Source: Candidatus Hydrogenedentota bacterium
Lineage (GTDB): Bacteria; Hydrogenedentota; Hydrogenedentia; Hydrogenedentales; JAEUWI01
Length of the DNA: 64,000 bases
Direction: 5' to 3'
NCBI GenBank assembly: GCA_034669905.1
Contig: JAXMOL010000012.1
Coordinates: 1 to 64,000, forward strand
Under the pieces are notes generated by a model. It saw nothing but the letters and a program-made list of their open reading frames with translations. It was not told where the DNA came from and made no database searches. This document shows positions 55,737-64,000 of the stretch, in pieces (positions within the stretch are counted from its first letter, which is position 1; every line of letters begins with the position of its first letter). A program made the translations under genes and the position numbers.

Positions 55737-56540
55737 ATGACGGTTCACCAGAATGCCGTAGCACGATTTGATCTCACTGGAAAAGTGGCCTGGGTTCCCG
55801 GCGGCGCGGGCCTCCTGGGCACGGCGGTCTCCCGCGCCCTGGCGGAACACGGCGCCCACGTTATCGTGGCGGATCTCCGCGCAGATGCCGCCGAAGCAAT
55901 GGCCGAGACGCTGGTGGCCGAAGGCTACTCTGCCGAAGGTCGTGCTCTCGATATTGGCGACGAAGCCATGGTCAAGAGCGAGGCAGACGCTATCGTGGCG
56001 AAGCACGGCCACCTCGACCTCATGGTCAACATGACCTTCTACTACACGAAGGCCAGCATGGAAGAAATGACGGCGGAACAGTGGGAGGCCGGTATGCGCG
56101 TTTCCCTCACGGGCGCCTTTGTCTCTACCCGGGAATGCGGGCGCGTTATGGCCCAACAGGGCCGTGGCAGCATCATCCACTTCAGCAGCATGTACGGCGT
56201 GGTCAGTCCCGACCCGCGCATGTATCCCCCCAGCCAGACCCCCAACCCCATCGACTACGGTGTGGCGAAGGCGGGCATCCTCCAGCTCGTCCGCTACCAG
56301 GGCGTCTTCCTGGCTGAAAAGGGCGTGCGGGTGAACGCCATTGTTCCGGGGCCCTTTCCCAATCCCGACTCCCAGGGCGCCGACCCCGACTTTGTGAAAC
56401 TCTTGAAAGCCAAGTGCCCCACGGGACGCTTTGGTCACCCCGAGGAAATCGCCGGGGCCGTGGTCTTCCTGTGTTCCGATGCGGCGAGCTACGTGACAGG
56501 CACCCAGATTGTCGTGGACGGCGGCTGGACAGCGTGGTGA
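55737..56540 (+). CDS. SDR family oxidoreductase
   Basis: [25 protein letters not shown]. Confidence 0.92.
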   Translation: MTVHQNAVARFDLTGKVAWVPGGAGLLGTAVSRALAEHGAHVIVADLRADAAEAMAETLVAEGYSAEGRALDIGDEAMVKSEADAIVAKHGHLDLMVNMTFYYTKASMEEMTAEQWEAGMRVSLTGAFVSTRECGRVMAQQGRGSIIHFSSMYGVVSPDPRMYPPSQTPNPIDYGVAKAGILQLVRYQGVFLAEKGVRVNAIVPGPFPNPDSQGADPDFVKLLKAKCPTGRFGHPEEIAGAVVFLCSDAASYVTGTQIVVDGGWTAW

Positions 56541-58939
56541 GTAGATGGCTCAATGGGTGCGTGCTTCTGGCTTCGGCAGTGCTCTTTGCGTTGGGCGTTG
56601 GTGCCGATGAACTGCCGTGGTCTTCGCCCTTACCCTATCGAATCCTCGTTGAGGTTCCGCCCGTACCGCTCCAAGGTCGTACCAGGGATGAGATGCCGGC
56701 GGAATTAACCATCGATTTCGAGGCCGCCCTCGAAGGGCTTGGTGTGAAGGCTATCCCCGCCCTCAACACCTTGCACATGGTGAAGGGTGAGGGGGAGACG
56801 GGAAAGTCGGCTTCGTACACCGCGGGTGCCAAGAGCCTCCCCTTCCGCTGGTATGACGATGCCATCCCCTATGAATTCTCGGAAGTACTTGCGCCCATCA
56901 GCTATACCGACGGGGAACGACGACGGATGACGACACCCCGGGGCGGCTACATGTACAACGCGCTGGGCGATTGGAAGTCGGGACGTCTCGCATGGACCCA
57001 TAGCCAGTCGGGGACCGAGACGGCGCGCTACGCCATTTATTTCGACGTGCTGGCAGCGGACGAAGTTCCGAGTGAGACGCCGCCCCGGGCCTGGCTCGGC
57101 GATGGCATGCCCCGCCACGCGGAGGTGGGTGAAAGCACGACCGGGGCGGACCACACCCATATTTCCATCGACGATTGGGATGGAGACGGTCGGAACGATA
57201 TCGTCTATGGCGAGCAATACGGTCAGATCTCCGTGCTCTTCAATCGGGGCACGCCGTCGAAGCCCCAGTATCCCTATGCCAAGCTCCTCTTTGATGAGGA
57301 AGGGCTTCCCCTCGATACGGGGGTTCATGCCGCCGTGTTGGTGGTAGATTGGGACGGTGATGGCGCGAAGGATATCCTGGCGGGGACCTATATGAACCGC
57401 ATCAGCTTCTTTCGCAACACCGGCACAAACACCCATCGGACCTTCGCCTACCAGGGACTCTTGCGCGATGCCGACGGTGAATTTCTGGCCCTGCCCATTA
57501 CCCCAGTGGCGCGTAAGGCCGAGGGCTTGTTTAAGGAAGACTACTATCCCGTCTTAAGCGTCGTTGATTGGAACGGCGACGGACGGCGCGATCTCATTGC
57601 CGGCGGCTATATCACCGGGCGCATCTATTTCTTCGAGCATGTCGGCGTAGACGACAAAAACCTGCCCCAACTAAAACTGAGGGGTCCCATCGCGGCCGAT
57701 GGTGCACCCATAAACGTTCGCGACTGGTGCGCTTCTCCGTCGCTTGGAGACTTGAACGGTGACGGCCTCCTCGACATGGTGAGCGGTGCCTATACCTGGG
57801 GTGGCGGCACGGGGGAGCGGCCTGCCTTCATCCGCTATTACGAAAATCAGGGCTCCGCAGCGCGACCAGAGTTTAGCGAGAAGCTTCTGCCCATTCAAGG
57901 GGAGGCGTTGCGACTTCGCGTGCCCCACCCCGTGATCGAGGATTGGAATCACGATGGTCTGCCCGATCTTATCGTGGCCTCGGGGGCGAACATCTTCTTG
58001 TGGCAGAATGTGGGCACCAGGACCGCGCCGGTTTTCGCAGTGAACAGCGAGGCCATTCCTTCTGTTTGGGGCAACGCGCCCTTGCCGGGAGGGCATCAGG
58101 TGTTGGACTGGGATGGCGATGGATACGTTGATTTGGTCAAGGGCTACACCGTATGGCTGAACCGTGGCGCGGACAATCCCTATGCCTTTGAGGAGACGGA
58201 GTCGGTGTTGCCCGACGGTACCCGTATTGACCACCCGACGGACATGGGCGATGGCCACTTCTGGCCCTACCTGTATGATCTCGACCAGGATGGCCAGATG
58301 GATGTGCTCTTCGGGGATTGGCACGGGAACGTCTGGTTTCATCGGAACACCAGCACGGATGGCAATCTATCCTATGACCTGGACGGGTATCGTCTGACGA
58401 CGGCGGATGGCGCGCCCATTAAGGTGGGTCCGGTAACGGGCGACTCGGGGAAAGACTTTCAAGTGCATCAGGGGGCGCGGACAAAGTTCACCGCCGGAGA
58501 TTTCGACAATGATGGACGGGACGACCTGGTGGTGGGGGACACCCACGGAATCGTTCGGTACTACAAGAACCTTGGACCCATGGCCAGTCCCGTCTTTGCA
58601 CCACCGCTCGAAGTGGGTAATCTCAAGACCCGCCTGAACGTAGAAAAAATTGACTGGAACGAAGATGGGCTACTGGATGTCATTTGCGGCGTTGCGAACC
58701 ACCGTATCGTCCTCTTTCTCAACGGAGGGACTGATGGCGCAGCGACCTTCGACGAAGGAACCCAGTTGGAGGTGCCTGCCATAAAAGGCCCGGAGGTGAT
58801 AGTCGCGGACATGAACCGCGATGGAGACGCGGATCTCATCATCAACGGAACCCAAGGCACCACGCTGTTGGAACGCTCCTTTTTACGGCACGGCTATGCC
58901 CCGGCACGAGTCTTGGGTCTGGAAAAGAAACCGGAGTGA
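56537..58939 (+). CDS. Secreted FG-GAP/VCBS repeat protein
   Basis: Many DWDGDG/DWNGDG/DFDNDG repeats; GTG start overlaps the SDR stop. Confidence 0.85.
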   Translation: MSRWLNGCVLLASAVLFALGVGADELPWSSPLPYRILVEVPPVPLQGRTRDEMPAELTIDFEAALEGLGVKAIPALNTLHMVKGEGETGKSASYTAGAKSLPFRWYDDAIPYEFSEVLAPISYTDGERRRMTTPRGGYMYNALGDWKSGRLAWTHSQSGTETARYAIYFDVLAADEVPSETPPRAWLGDGMPRHAEVGESTTGADHTHISIDDWDGDGRNDIVYGEQYGQISVLFNRGTPSKPQYPYAKLLFDEEGLPLDTGVHAAVLVVDWDGDGAKDILAGTYMNRISFFRNTGTNTHRTFAYQGLLRDADGEFLALPITPVARKAEGLFKEDYYPVLSVVDWNGDGRRDLIAGGYITGRIYFFEHVGVDDKNLPQLKLRGPIAADGAPINVRDWCASPSLGDLNGDGLLDMVSGAYTWGGGTGERPAFIRYYENQGSAARPEFSEKLLPIQGEALRLRVPHPVIEDWNHDGLPDLIVASGANIFLWQNVGTRTAPVFAVNSEAIPSVWGNAPLPGGHQVLDWDGDGYVDLVKGYTVWLNRGADNPYAFEETESVLPDGTRIDHPTDMGDGHFWPYLYDLDQDGQMDVLFGDWHGNVWFHRNTSTDGNLSYDLDGYRLTTADGAPIKVGPVTGDSGKDFQVHQGARTKFTAGDFDNDGRDDLVVGDTHGIVRYYKNLGPMASPVFAPPLEVGNLKTRLNVEKIDWNEDGLLDVICGVANHRIVLFLNGGTDGAATFDEGTQLEVPAIKGPEVIVADMNRDGDADLIINGTQGTTLLERSFLRHGYAPARVLGLEKKPE

Positions 58940-59020
58940 ATTCCCGCCATAGCCTTTTGGGTTGTATTACGACGTGCGTTTCTCGCGCCTTCTTGACCTT
59001 CCCGGGCTACTGCTTCAAGT

Positions 59021-59518
59021 TTAGAACAGCGCTCTTATCGTGGCGATGGGCAAAAACAAATGCATCGGCTGGTCCTGGAAGGCCTCAAAGCCATACTTCG
59101 AATAGAAGGCGACGGCAGCGGGGGTGATGGCGTGAACTTCTACTGCGAAAATAGCCATCTGGTCGGCAATCTGTACAATCCGATTCAGGGCGTCTATTAA
59201 CAGGAATTCGCCGAGTTGCTGGCCTTGCGCGGCACGGTCCACGGCGAGTTTTCCGATCAGGGCGGTGGGGAGGGGGTAACGCGGTAGTTTCTTCTGCAAT
59301 CCAGGCGGCACGTTGGTGAAGTCAACGGCGGACGCACTGAGGGTGTAGTAACCCGATACCTGATTGCTCCCCGGTTGCACGGCAACAAAGGTGCGCCCAA
59401 AATTCTTGCGGCTTTGCTGGCGTGCGTATTTCCGGAGATACTCGTCGAGTTGGGCAACTCCGCAACAGAATTCCTGTCGCTCATGGGTCGCAGCCAGGGG
59501 GGCCACCGACCACTTCAC
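59021..59518 (-). CDS. GNAT acetyltransferase toxin (TacT/AtaT-like)
   Basis: FCCG...LDEYL, GYYTLS, IGKLAVD...QGQQLG, FYSKYGF; overlaps the antitoxin stop. Confidence 0.9.
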   Translation of the reverse strand: MKWSVAPLAATHERQEFCCGVAQLDEYLRKYARQQSRKNFGRTFVAVQPGSNQVSGYYTLSASAVDFTNVPPGLQKKLPRYPLPTALIGKLAVDRAAQGQQLGEFLLIDALNRIVQIADQMAIFAVEVHAITPAAVAFYSKYGFEAFQDQPMHLFLPIATIRALF

Positions 59519-59781
59519 GTGCCTGCGCGCTTCCGATAGCTTGCGGCTGCTTGCTGCAGTGCCCCATTGGGCTTGGGCGGGGCATCGAGAAGTTGGAGGA
59601 AGCGGTCCCGGTCCCGGTCGGAGAGGGCCGTCCGGTTGTGGGCCGCGAGCACTTTGCCCGCTTCTTCGGATAAGGTCGCGATGACAAATTGGGTTACGGA
59701 CTGATTACGTAGGGATGCCGCCTGTTGAATCAGTGCCTTGGTGTCGGGTTTAAGCCGCACATCGAGTCGGGTGCCATCCAT
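59515..59781 (-). CDS. DUF1778 RHH antitoxin (TacA/AtaR-like)
   Basis: RLDVRL...KALIQQAA...SVTQFV...LSDRDRDRFLQLLDAPPKPN; RBS GAGGAG. Confidence 0.9.
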   Translation of the reverse strand: MDGTRLDVRLKPDTKALIQQAASLRNQSVTQFVIATLSEEAGKVLAAHNRTALSDRDRDRFLQLLDAPPKPNGALQQAAASYRKRAGT

Positions 59782-59959
59782 TTCCGTTCTCCTCAAGGGT
59801 GTACTATACTCGGTAAAAGTATACCATACGGTACGGAGAGATGCCGTACGTATTCCCGCCCTTTGTGTCGTGGGCTCCGGGGCAGGGCTTCGGCCCGTCT
59901 TCCAGTGGGGACCCGAGGGGCGGCTGATTTTCTGGGTGTCGAAGAAACCGGAGTAAGCA

Positions 59960-61195
59960 ATGAATTGGATCACGACGAAAACGTACCGCCCGAATAGGAA
60001 TCCGCTGAAGCAGGGTGAATCGGCGCTGCCCTCGCGCCCAGGCCTTTGCTCCAAAGCATCCGTCCATGTTGCATGCGTGGCACTCTGTTTCTTCGCCGCG
60101 ACGCTCTCTATGGCTCATGCAGCCGACAGCAGTGTGACCATCGAATCGAAAAGCACGGTCTTCGATTATGGGAATGCAGACCCCTTCGACCGGGCCAATC
60201 TTTATGGCTTTAATCACGCCGCGAGTGTGGCACAAATGCCCAACGGCGATGTGCTCGCCGCGTGGTTCTCAGGTCCCTTCGAAGGCTCCGTCCATCAGGT
60301 GATCTACGGCGCGCGTTCTACCGACGGTGGGAAAACGTGGGGCCAGGGGCGCGTCCTCCAGGATGACCCGCAGAAATCCGATTTCGACCCCGCCTTCATC
60401 GTTCAAGGGGAGCGGGTTTGGATGTGCTACTCCACCGGTCGGTGGAACCGCTACCCCTTCGCCCAGCAGCGTCCCGGTGAAGATGCCCATATCGGCGCCG
60501 AGTCCTTCAAGATATTCGCCCGCTACTCCGACGATTCAGGTCTCACCTGGTCGGAGGCGACGCGGGTGTTCGACAGCGTGGGCTGGGGGTGCCGGAGCAA
60601 TGGCATTGTGTTGTCCACGGGCGAACTGATACTCCCGACCCACGAATTCCTGACGTGGACCGCTGCGGCCCTGCGCTCCGAAGATGGCGGCAAAACCTGG
60701 ACCCGTTCCACGGAAGTGGCGTTGCCCAAGTCTATCGGTGCGGCCGAGCCCTCCATCGCCGAACTCCGTAACGGCCATCTCATGATGATTCTGCGCAGCC
60801 GTGACGGCGAAATGCGTGCGTGTACCTCCACCGACAAGGGCAAGACCTGGTCCGAACCTGCGAAGCTCGGCGTGCCCGCCGGTAACGCCTCCAGCAACCT
60901 CCTCCGTCTGAACGATGGGCGCCTGCTACTCACCTACAATTCCTCCCTGCCCCCCAACCGCACGGCGTTGTCCATGCGCCTCTCCTCGGATGACGGCAAG
61001 ACCTGGAGTGCTCCGCAGCCACTTGCGGAGACGGCCGTTGCCACCGATGCCGATGCCTTCTGGAGCAAGCAGGTGAGCTATCCTTCCGCCGTGGCATTGC
61101 GCGACGGGACCGTGGTCGTGGTGTGGGGCAATCTCGCGCTCTCACGGGAATGGCAGCCAGGGGTGATTAAGGCGGCGCGGGTTTTGGTGGAGTGA
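59960..61195 (+). CDS. Exo-alpha-sialidase / BNR-repeat protein
   Basis: Asp boxes STDGGKTW, SDDSGLTW, SEDGGKTW, STDKGKTW, SSDDGKTW; true start probably downstream of 59960. Confidence 0.85.
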   Translation: MNWITTKTYRPNRNPLKQGESALPSRPGLCSKASVHVACVALCFFAATLSMAHAADSSVTIESKSTVFDYGNADPFDRANLYGFNHAASVAQMPNGDVLAAWFSGPFEGSVHQVIYGARSTDGGKTWGQGRVLQDDPQKSDFDPAFIVQGERVWMCYSTGRWNRYPFAQQRPGEDAHIGAESFKIFARYSDDSGLTWSEATRVFDSVGWGCRSNGIVLSTGELILPTHEFLTWTAAALRSEDGGKTWTRSTEVALPKSIGAAEPSIAELRNGHLMMILRSRDGEMRACTSTDKGKTWSEPAKLGVPAGNASSNLLRLNDGRLLLTYNSSLPPNRTALSMRLSSDDGKTWSAPQPLAETAVATDADAFWSKQVSYPSAVALRDGTVVVVWGNLALSREWQPGVIKAARVLVE

Positions 61196-61305
61196 CGGGC
61201 GCATCCGCCATGGAGGTGCGCGGTTTGTGTTGCGGGGAGACAATGGGGATAACACGGGCCCATGGCAGCGCGTTGGTCCGAATAGAGGGCATGCTCCCGA
61301 CCGGG

Positions 61306-61743
61306 TTATGGTGTGGGCTTGCTCGGAAGTTTGAGCTGCTTCGCAATCGTTTGCAGGAGCTGCATTCTCTGAATGGGCTTTATCAACATCGTGTTCATGC
61401 CGACGTTGTAGCATCGTTCCACATCTTCGGGGGTGTCGCTGGCGGTGAGGGCAACGACCGGGAGGGTACGTCCCCTGGGAGAGCGTCGTAGTGCTGCGGT
61501 CGCCTCCAGGCCGTCCATCACCGGCATATTGACGTCCATCAAAATGAGGTCGTAATCGGTCTGGGAGAAAAGCTCCAGTGCAGCCTCTCCGTTTTTCGCC
61601 ACGTCCAGCGTGGCCGATGTGCCGTCAAGAAAGCCGCGCACGACTTCCTGGTTGACAAAGTTGTCGTCGGCCAGGAGAATGCGAACCCCTTCAAAGGCGG
61701 GGGGGATCGTCGGGGACGTGTGACCGTGTTCGACGCTACTCAT
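61306..61743 (-). CDS. Stand-alone response regulator receiver protein
   Basis: ILLADDN, LMDVNMPVMDG, ALTA, KP. Confidence 0.9.
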   Translation of the reverse strand: MSSVEHGHTSPTIPPAFEGVRILLADDNFVNQEVVRGFLDGTSATLDVAKNGEAALELFSQTDYDLILMDVNMPVMDGLEATAALRRSPRGRTLPVVALTASDTPEDVERCYNVGMNTMLIKPIQRMQLLQTIAKQLKLPSKPTP

Positions 61744-62158
61744 GTTGTGGGTGGCCGTCCCGGGAAAGCTGTTCCCAGTCAATCGAATTCAAGGCATTCA
61801 GGGTGGCGTGGCCCAAGGTGGCAAGTCGCGCTACCTGGGCGGGCAGCTCCTCGGTGTTGTCCGTCCTGCAGAGCAGTTCGGTGCGCTCGGCCTGTTCACG
61901 AAAGGCTTCGGCACCCACATAGCTGGCATGGGTTTTCAGCGTATGGGCTGCCCGTTCGAGGGTTTCGCGGTCGGCCCCTTCGTGTCCCAGTTCCAGATTC
62001 GAAAGGAGGGGGGGGATCTCATCCACAATCAGGCCAATGATGCGTTCGGCGCTCTCCATAGACCCGGCCGTGAATTGCAGAATGGTGGCCAGGGAGAAGG
62101 TGGGCGTGACATCGGGCATGGCGGCGTTTTTGGCGGCTTCCTGGGAGTCTGTGTTCAT
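61736..62158 (-). CDS. Hpt (histidine phosphotransfer) domain protein
   Basis: RAAHTLKTHASYVGA motif; overlaps the receiver gene start. Confidence 0.85.
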   Translation of the reverse strand: MNTDSQEAAKNAAMPDVTPTFSLATILQFTAGSMESAERIIGLIVDEIPPLLSNLELGHEGADRETLERAAHTLKTHASYVGAEAFREQAERTELLCRTDNTEELPAQVARLATLGHATLNALNSIDWEQLSRDGHPQHE

Positions 62159-62326
62159 AGGCGGTATCTTCTAAGCGGTTTGCCCCCAAAGGGTGGCCTG
62201 CAGGTTTCTCAAGACGATGGTGGGCCTTCTCGGCGTGTTCTGCTTATTTTATGGTAACAGCAAGCGCGCGATTTCGCCAATAGCGGTAATCCGCTCGCGA
62301 ACATTCGGGTGTGTTGCCCGGTGTGT

Positions 62327-62887
62327 TCACGGGCGGTTCTCCATTTTCCGTAAAATAGCGTCCTCGAGGCCTTTTTCAAGGTAGCGGTCATTCAGACCCA
62401 GAAAGTCGTGGATATAAGGAGCCTTAAAGACCAGATCGGGGCTGATTTGGTTGGATTCGCGCAGTTGCTCGAGTTCGTGTTCGATGACATCCTCGGGCTC
62501 TTGGGAGAGGGCAGCGCGCTCGTAGAGCATGGCGTCGATCTTCTTTCGCAAGGTGCGTACGCTTCAGCGCTCAATGCGGCACATTTCGGCATAGAAGTCG
62601 CGCTGGAGGGGTTGTTTGAGATAGATGATCTCTTTGAAGTGAGACCAGCTCAATTATCTCGACAGTGTAGAGACTATTTTTGCGCCATATTCCCCGCGTT
62701 CTCCGCCAAGTATTTCGGCGTTGATGCGTTCGCCGACATGCCAATACAGTATGGTCAGACCGGCGTTGACGGTCGCGGAGACTACGGACTTGGTGCGGTC
62801 GATGAGAGCTCGCAAATCATTCAGCAGATTGTCTAGTGCGACTTCCTGAACTTGGCTGGGAGATGGTTTGTTTGGCTTGTTCTTCAT
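62327..62887 (-). pseudogene. DUF1016/YhcG (PDDEXK nuclease family) pseudogene
   Basis: LYWHVGERI...YG, LSWSHF, RDFY, SVRTLRKKI and LEKGLEDAIL lie in one frame, interrupted by TAA (62654-62656) and TGA (62564-62566); the nuclease domain is missing. Confidence 0.88.
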
Positions 62888-62970
62888 GGCAGGCCTTTCA
62901 AGGTTACTCGGAGTGGCACTTAGCGAATCGTATCGTACTTCCTTTGCTCTTGGTTGTCTTGTGGGGGGGG

Positions 62971-64000
62971 CTAGTGAAAATTCCGACTTTTCGTTTCCTC
63001 CGTGGTCAGTTTGGTCTCCGGCACCCACAAATCCTCCGCGACGAGGTGGGTAACGCCCGATTGCACCTGGAGCTTTCCCGTGACCCCGAGGAAGGGCTGG
63101 GTCTTCACGAGGGTCTTGTGCTTTTTGTAGACCGCCTCCCAGATCACCAGGTTGACGAGGCCGCTTTCGTCTTCGAGGGTCATGAAGACGACGCCGTTGG
63201 CGGTGCCGGGGCGTTGGCGGCAGATGACGAGGCCGGCGTAGCGGGTGCGGGTGCCGTTTTTCAGCGTACCGATGGTGGCCGCGTCGGGGAGGCCCTGGGC
63301 GCTGAGTGTTTCGCGGTAGGGGCTGATGGGATGACCGTGGGTGCTGTGGCCCGTGAAGGCATAGTCCCAATGGATGGCTTCGGCAGCGTGAAGGGGCGTG
63401 AGCGGCGCGTCGGCTTCCGGGGTCTGGACGTTGAGCTGGGTGTGGAGGTCGCGGTCGAGGCCGAGGGTTTTCCAGAGGGCGCTGCGGCGATCGTGTTGGA
63501 AGGCGGCAAAGGCTCCGGCTTCGGCGAGGCGGGTGAGGGCGCCGTGGTGGAGCCGGGTGCGCAGGGCGAAGTCTTCGAGGGAGTCGAAGGGGGCGTCGTT
63601 ACGCGCGGTGACGATACGCTGCCCTTCCGATTCCTGGAGGCCCTTGACGTAGCGGAGGCCCATCCTGGTTGAGAGTTGACAGTTGATGGTTGATAGCGTT
63701 TTTTGCTGCGATACGTTTCCTGGACTGTAATCCGTGGCCGATTCTCTCACCAAGAGTGTGTGGGCCAGGGGGGGGGCGTTTTCTTGGGGGGCGTGGCTGT
63801 GGCCTTTGTCGTTTAGGTCCTTTCCGTCCTTTAGGTCTTTGTTTTTGCCTCTGGCGGACGCTTTGCGCCGTTCCAGTAGTTTGTCCTGCGCTTGGTCATG
63901 CGCCGTTTTTTCTTCATGCACTATTCTCCATTCACTATTCCCTTTTTCCAACGTGCAATCCCAATCGCTGAACAACACGTCGATGGGCAACACGTCTACG
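62971..64000 (-). CDS. dnaE2: Error-prone DNA polymerase DnaE2, C-terminal part (5' end outside the window)
   Basis: PIDVxxSDWDCTLE, RMGLRYVKGL, RQRPGTANGVVFMTLEDESG, terminal SRNFH motif. Confidence 0.93.
   Translation of the reverse strand, partial: VDVLPIDVLFSDWDCTLEKGNSEWRIVHEEKTAHDQAQDKLLERRKASARGKNKDLKDGKDLNDKGHSHAPQENAPPLAHTLLVRESATDYSPGNVSQQKTLSTINCQLSTRMGLRYVKGLQESEGQRIVTARNDAPFDSLEDFALRTRLHHGALTRLAEAGAFAAFQHDRRSALWKTLGLDRDLHTQLNVQTPEADAPLTPLHAAEAIHWDYAFTGHSTHGHPISPYRETLSAQGLPDAATIGTLKNGTRTRYAGLVICRQRPGTANGVVFMTLEDESGLVNLVIWEAVYKKHKTLVKTQPFLGVTGKLQVQSGVTHLVAEDLWVPETKLTTEETKSRNFH

Noticed and set aside
59782..60054. 179-aa version of the antitoxin and other long upstream ORF extensions (e.g. 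539, 10193, 17138, 56414)
   Set aside because: Downstream starts have RBSs or translational coupling and match family N-termini; the extensions are motif-free.

Overview
GC-rich bacterial chromosomal segment, most likely Candidatus Hydrogenedentes. This is inferred from the (Glu-Gly)n-linker surface protein and two DUF1559 prepilin-like genes carrying the 'EG[VI]ERF[LM]ITDIN' motif. About 45 genes are present. Housekeeping and flagellar: HIT, aroE, fliD-fliS under a sigma-28 promoter, mtlD-like, lpdA, tamA-tamB, and the 3' part of dnaE2. Secreted carbohydrate, sulfate and phosphate enzymes are numerous. There is also a sigma-54 activator facing a hydrolase-AhpD-thioredoxin-DinB operon, a 2277-aa SBBP/Ig surface protein, a DUF1778/GNAT toxin-antitoxin pair and a DUF1016 pseudogene. 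Most notable observations: (1) a CxxC+RAPP (DUF2946/CruR/CutF-like) leader ORF followed by a structured spacer, a DUF1559 pilin-like gene and a YHS lipoprotein, suggesting a metal-sensing arrest-peptide system in an unusual context; (2) a tRNA-Leu with the rare A34 anticodon AAG; (3) a PTS-EIIA domain fused to a CT398/HP0958-type zinc ribbon near flagellar genes; (4) a cassette-like tandem of paralogous membrane genes bounded by three palindromic repeats; (5) mosaic REP-like repeat clusters, plus a ~93-aa in-frame repeat-derived insert in DnaE2 sharing 31/33 nt with an intergenic palindrome arm. No CRISPR array, rRNA or transposase was seen. All family assignments come from motif recognition by eye, not database searches.
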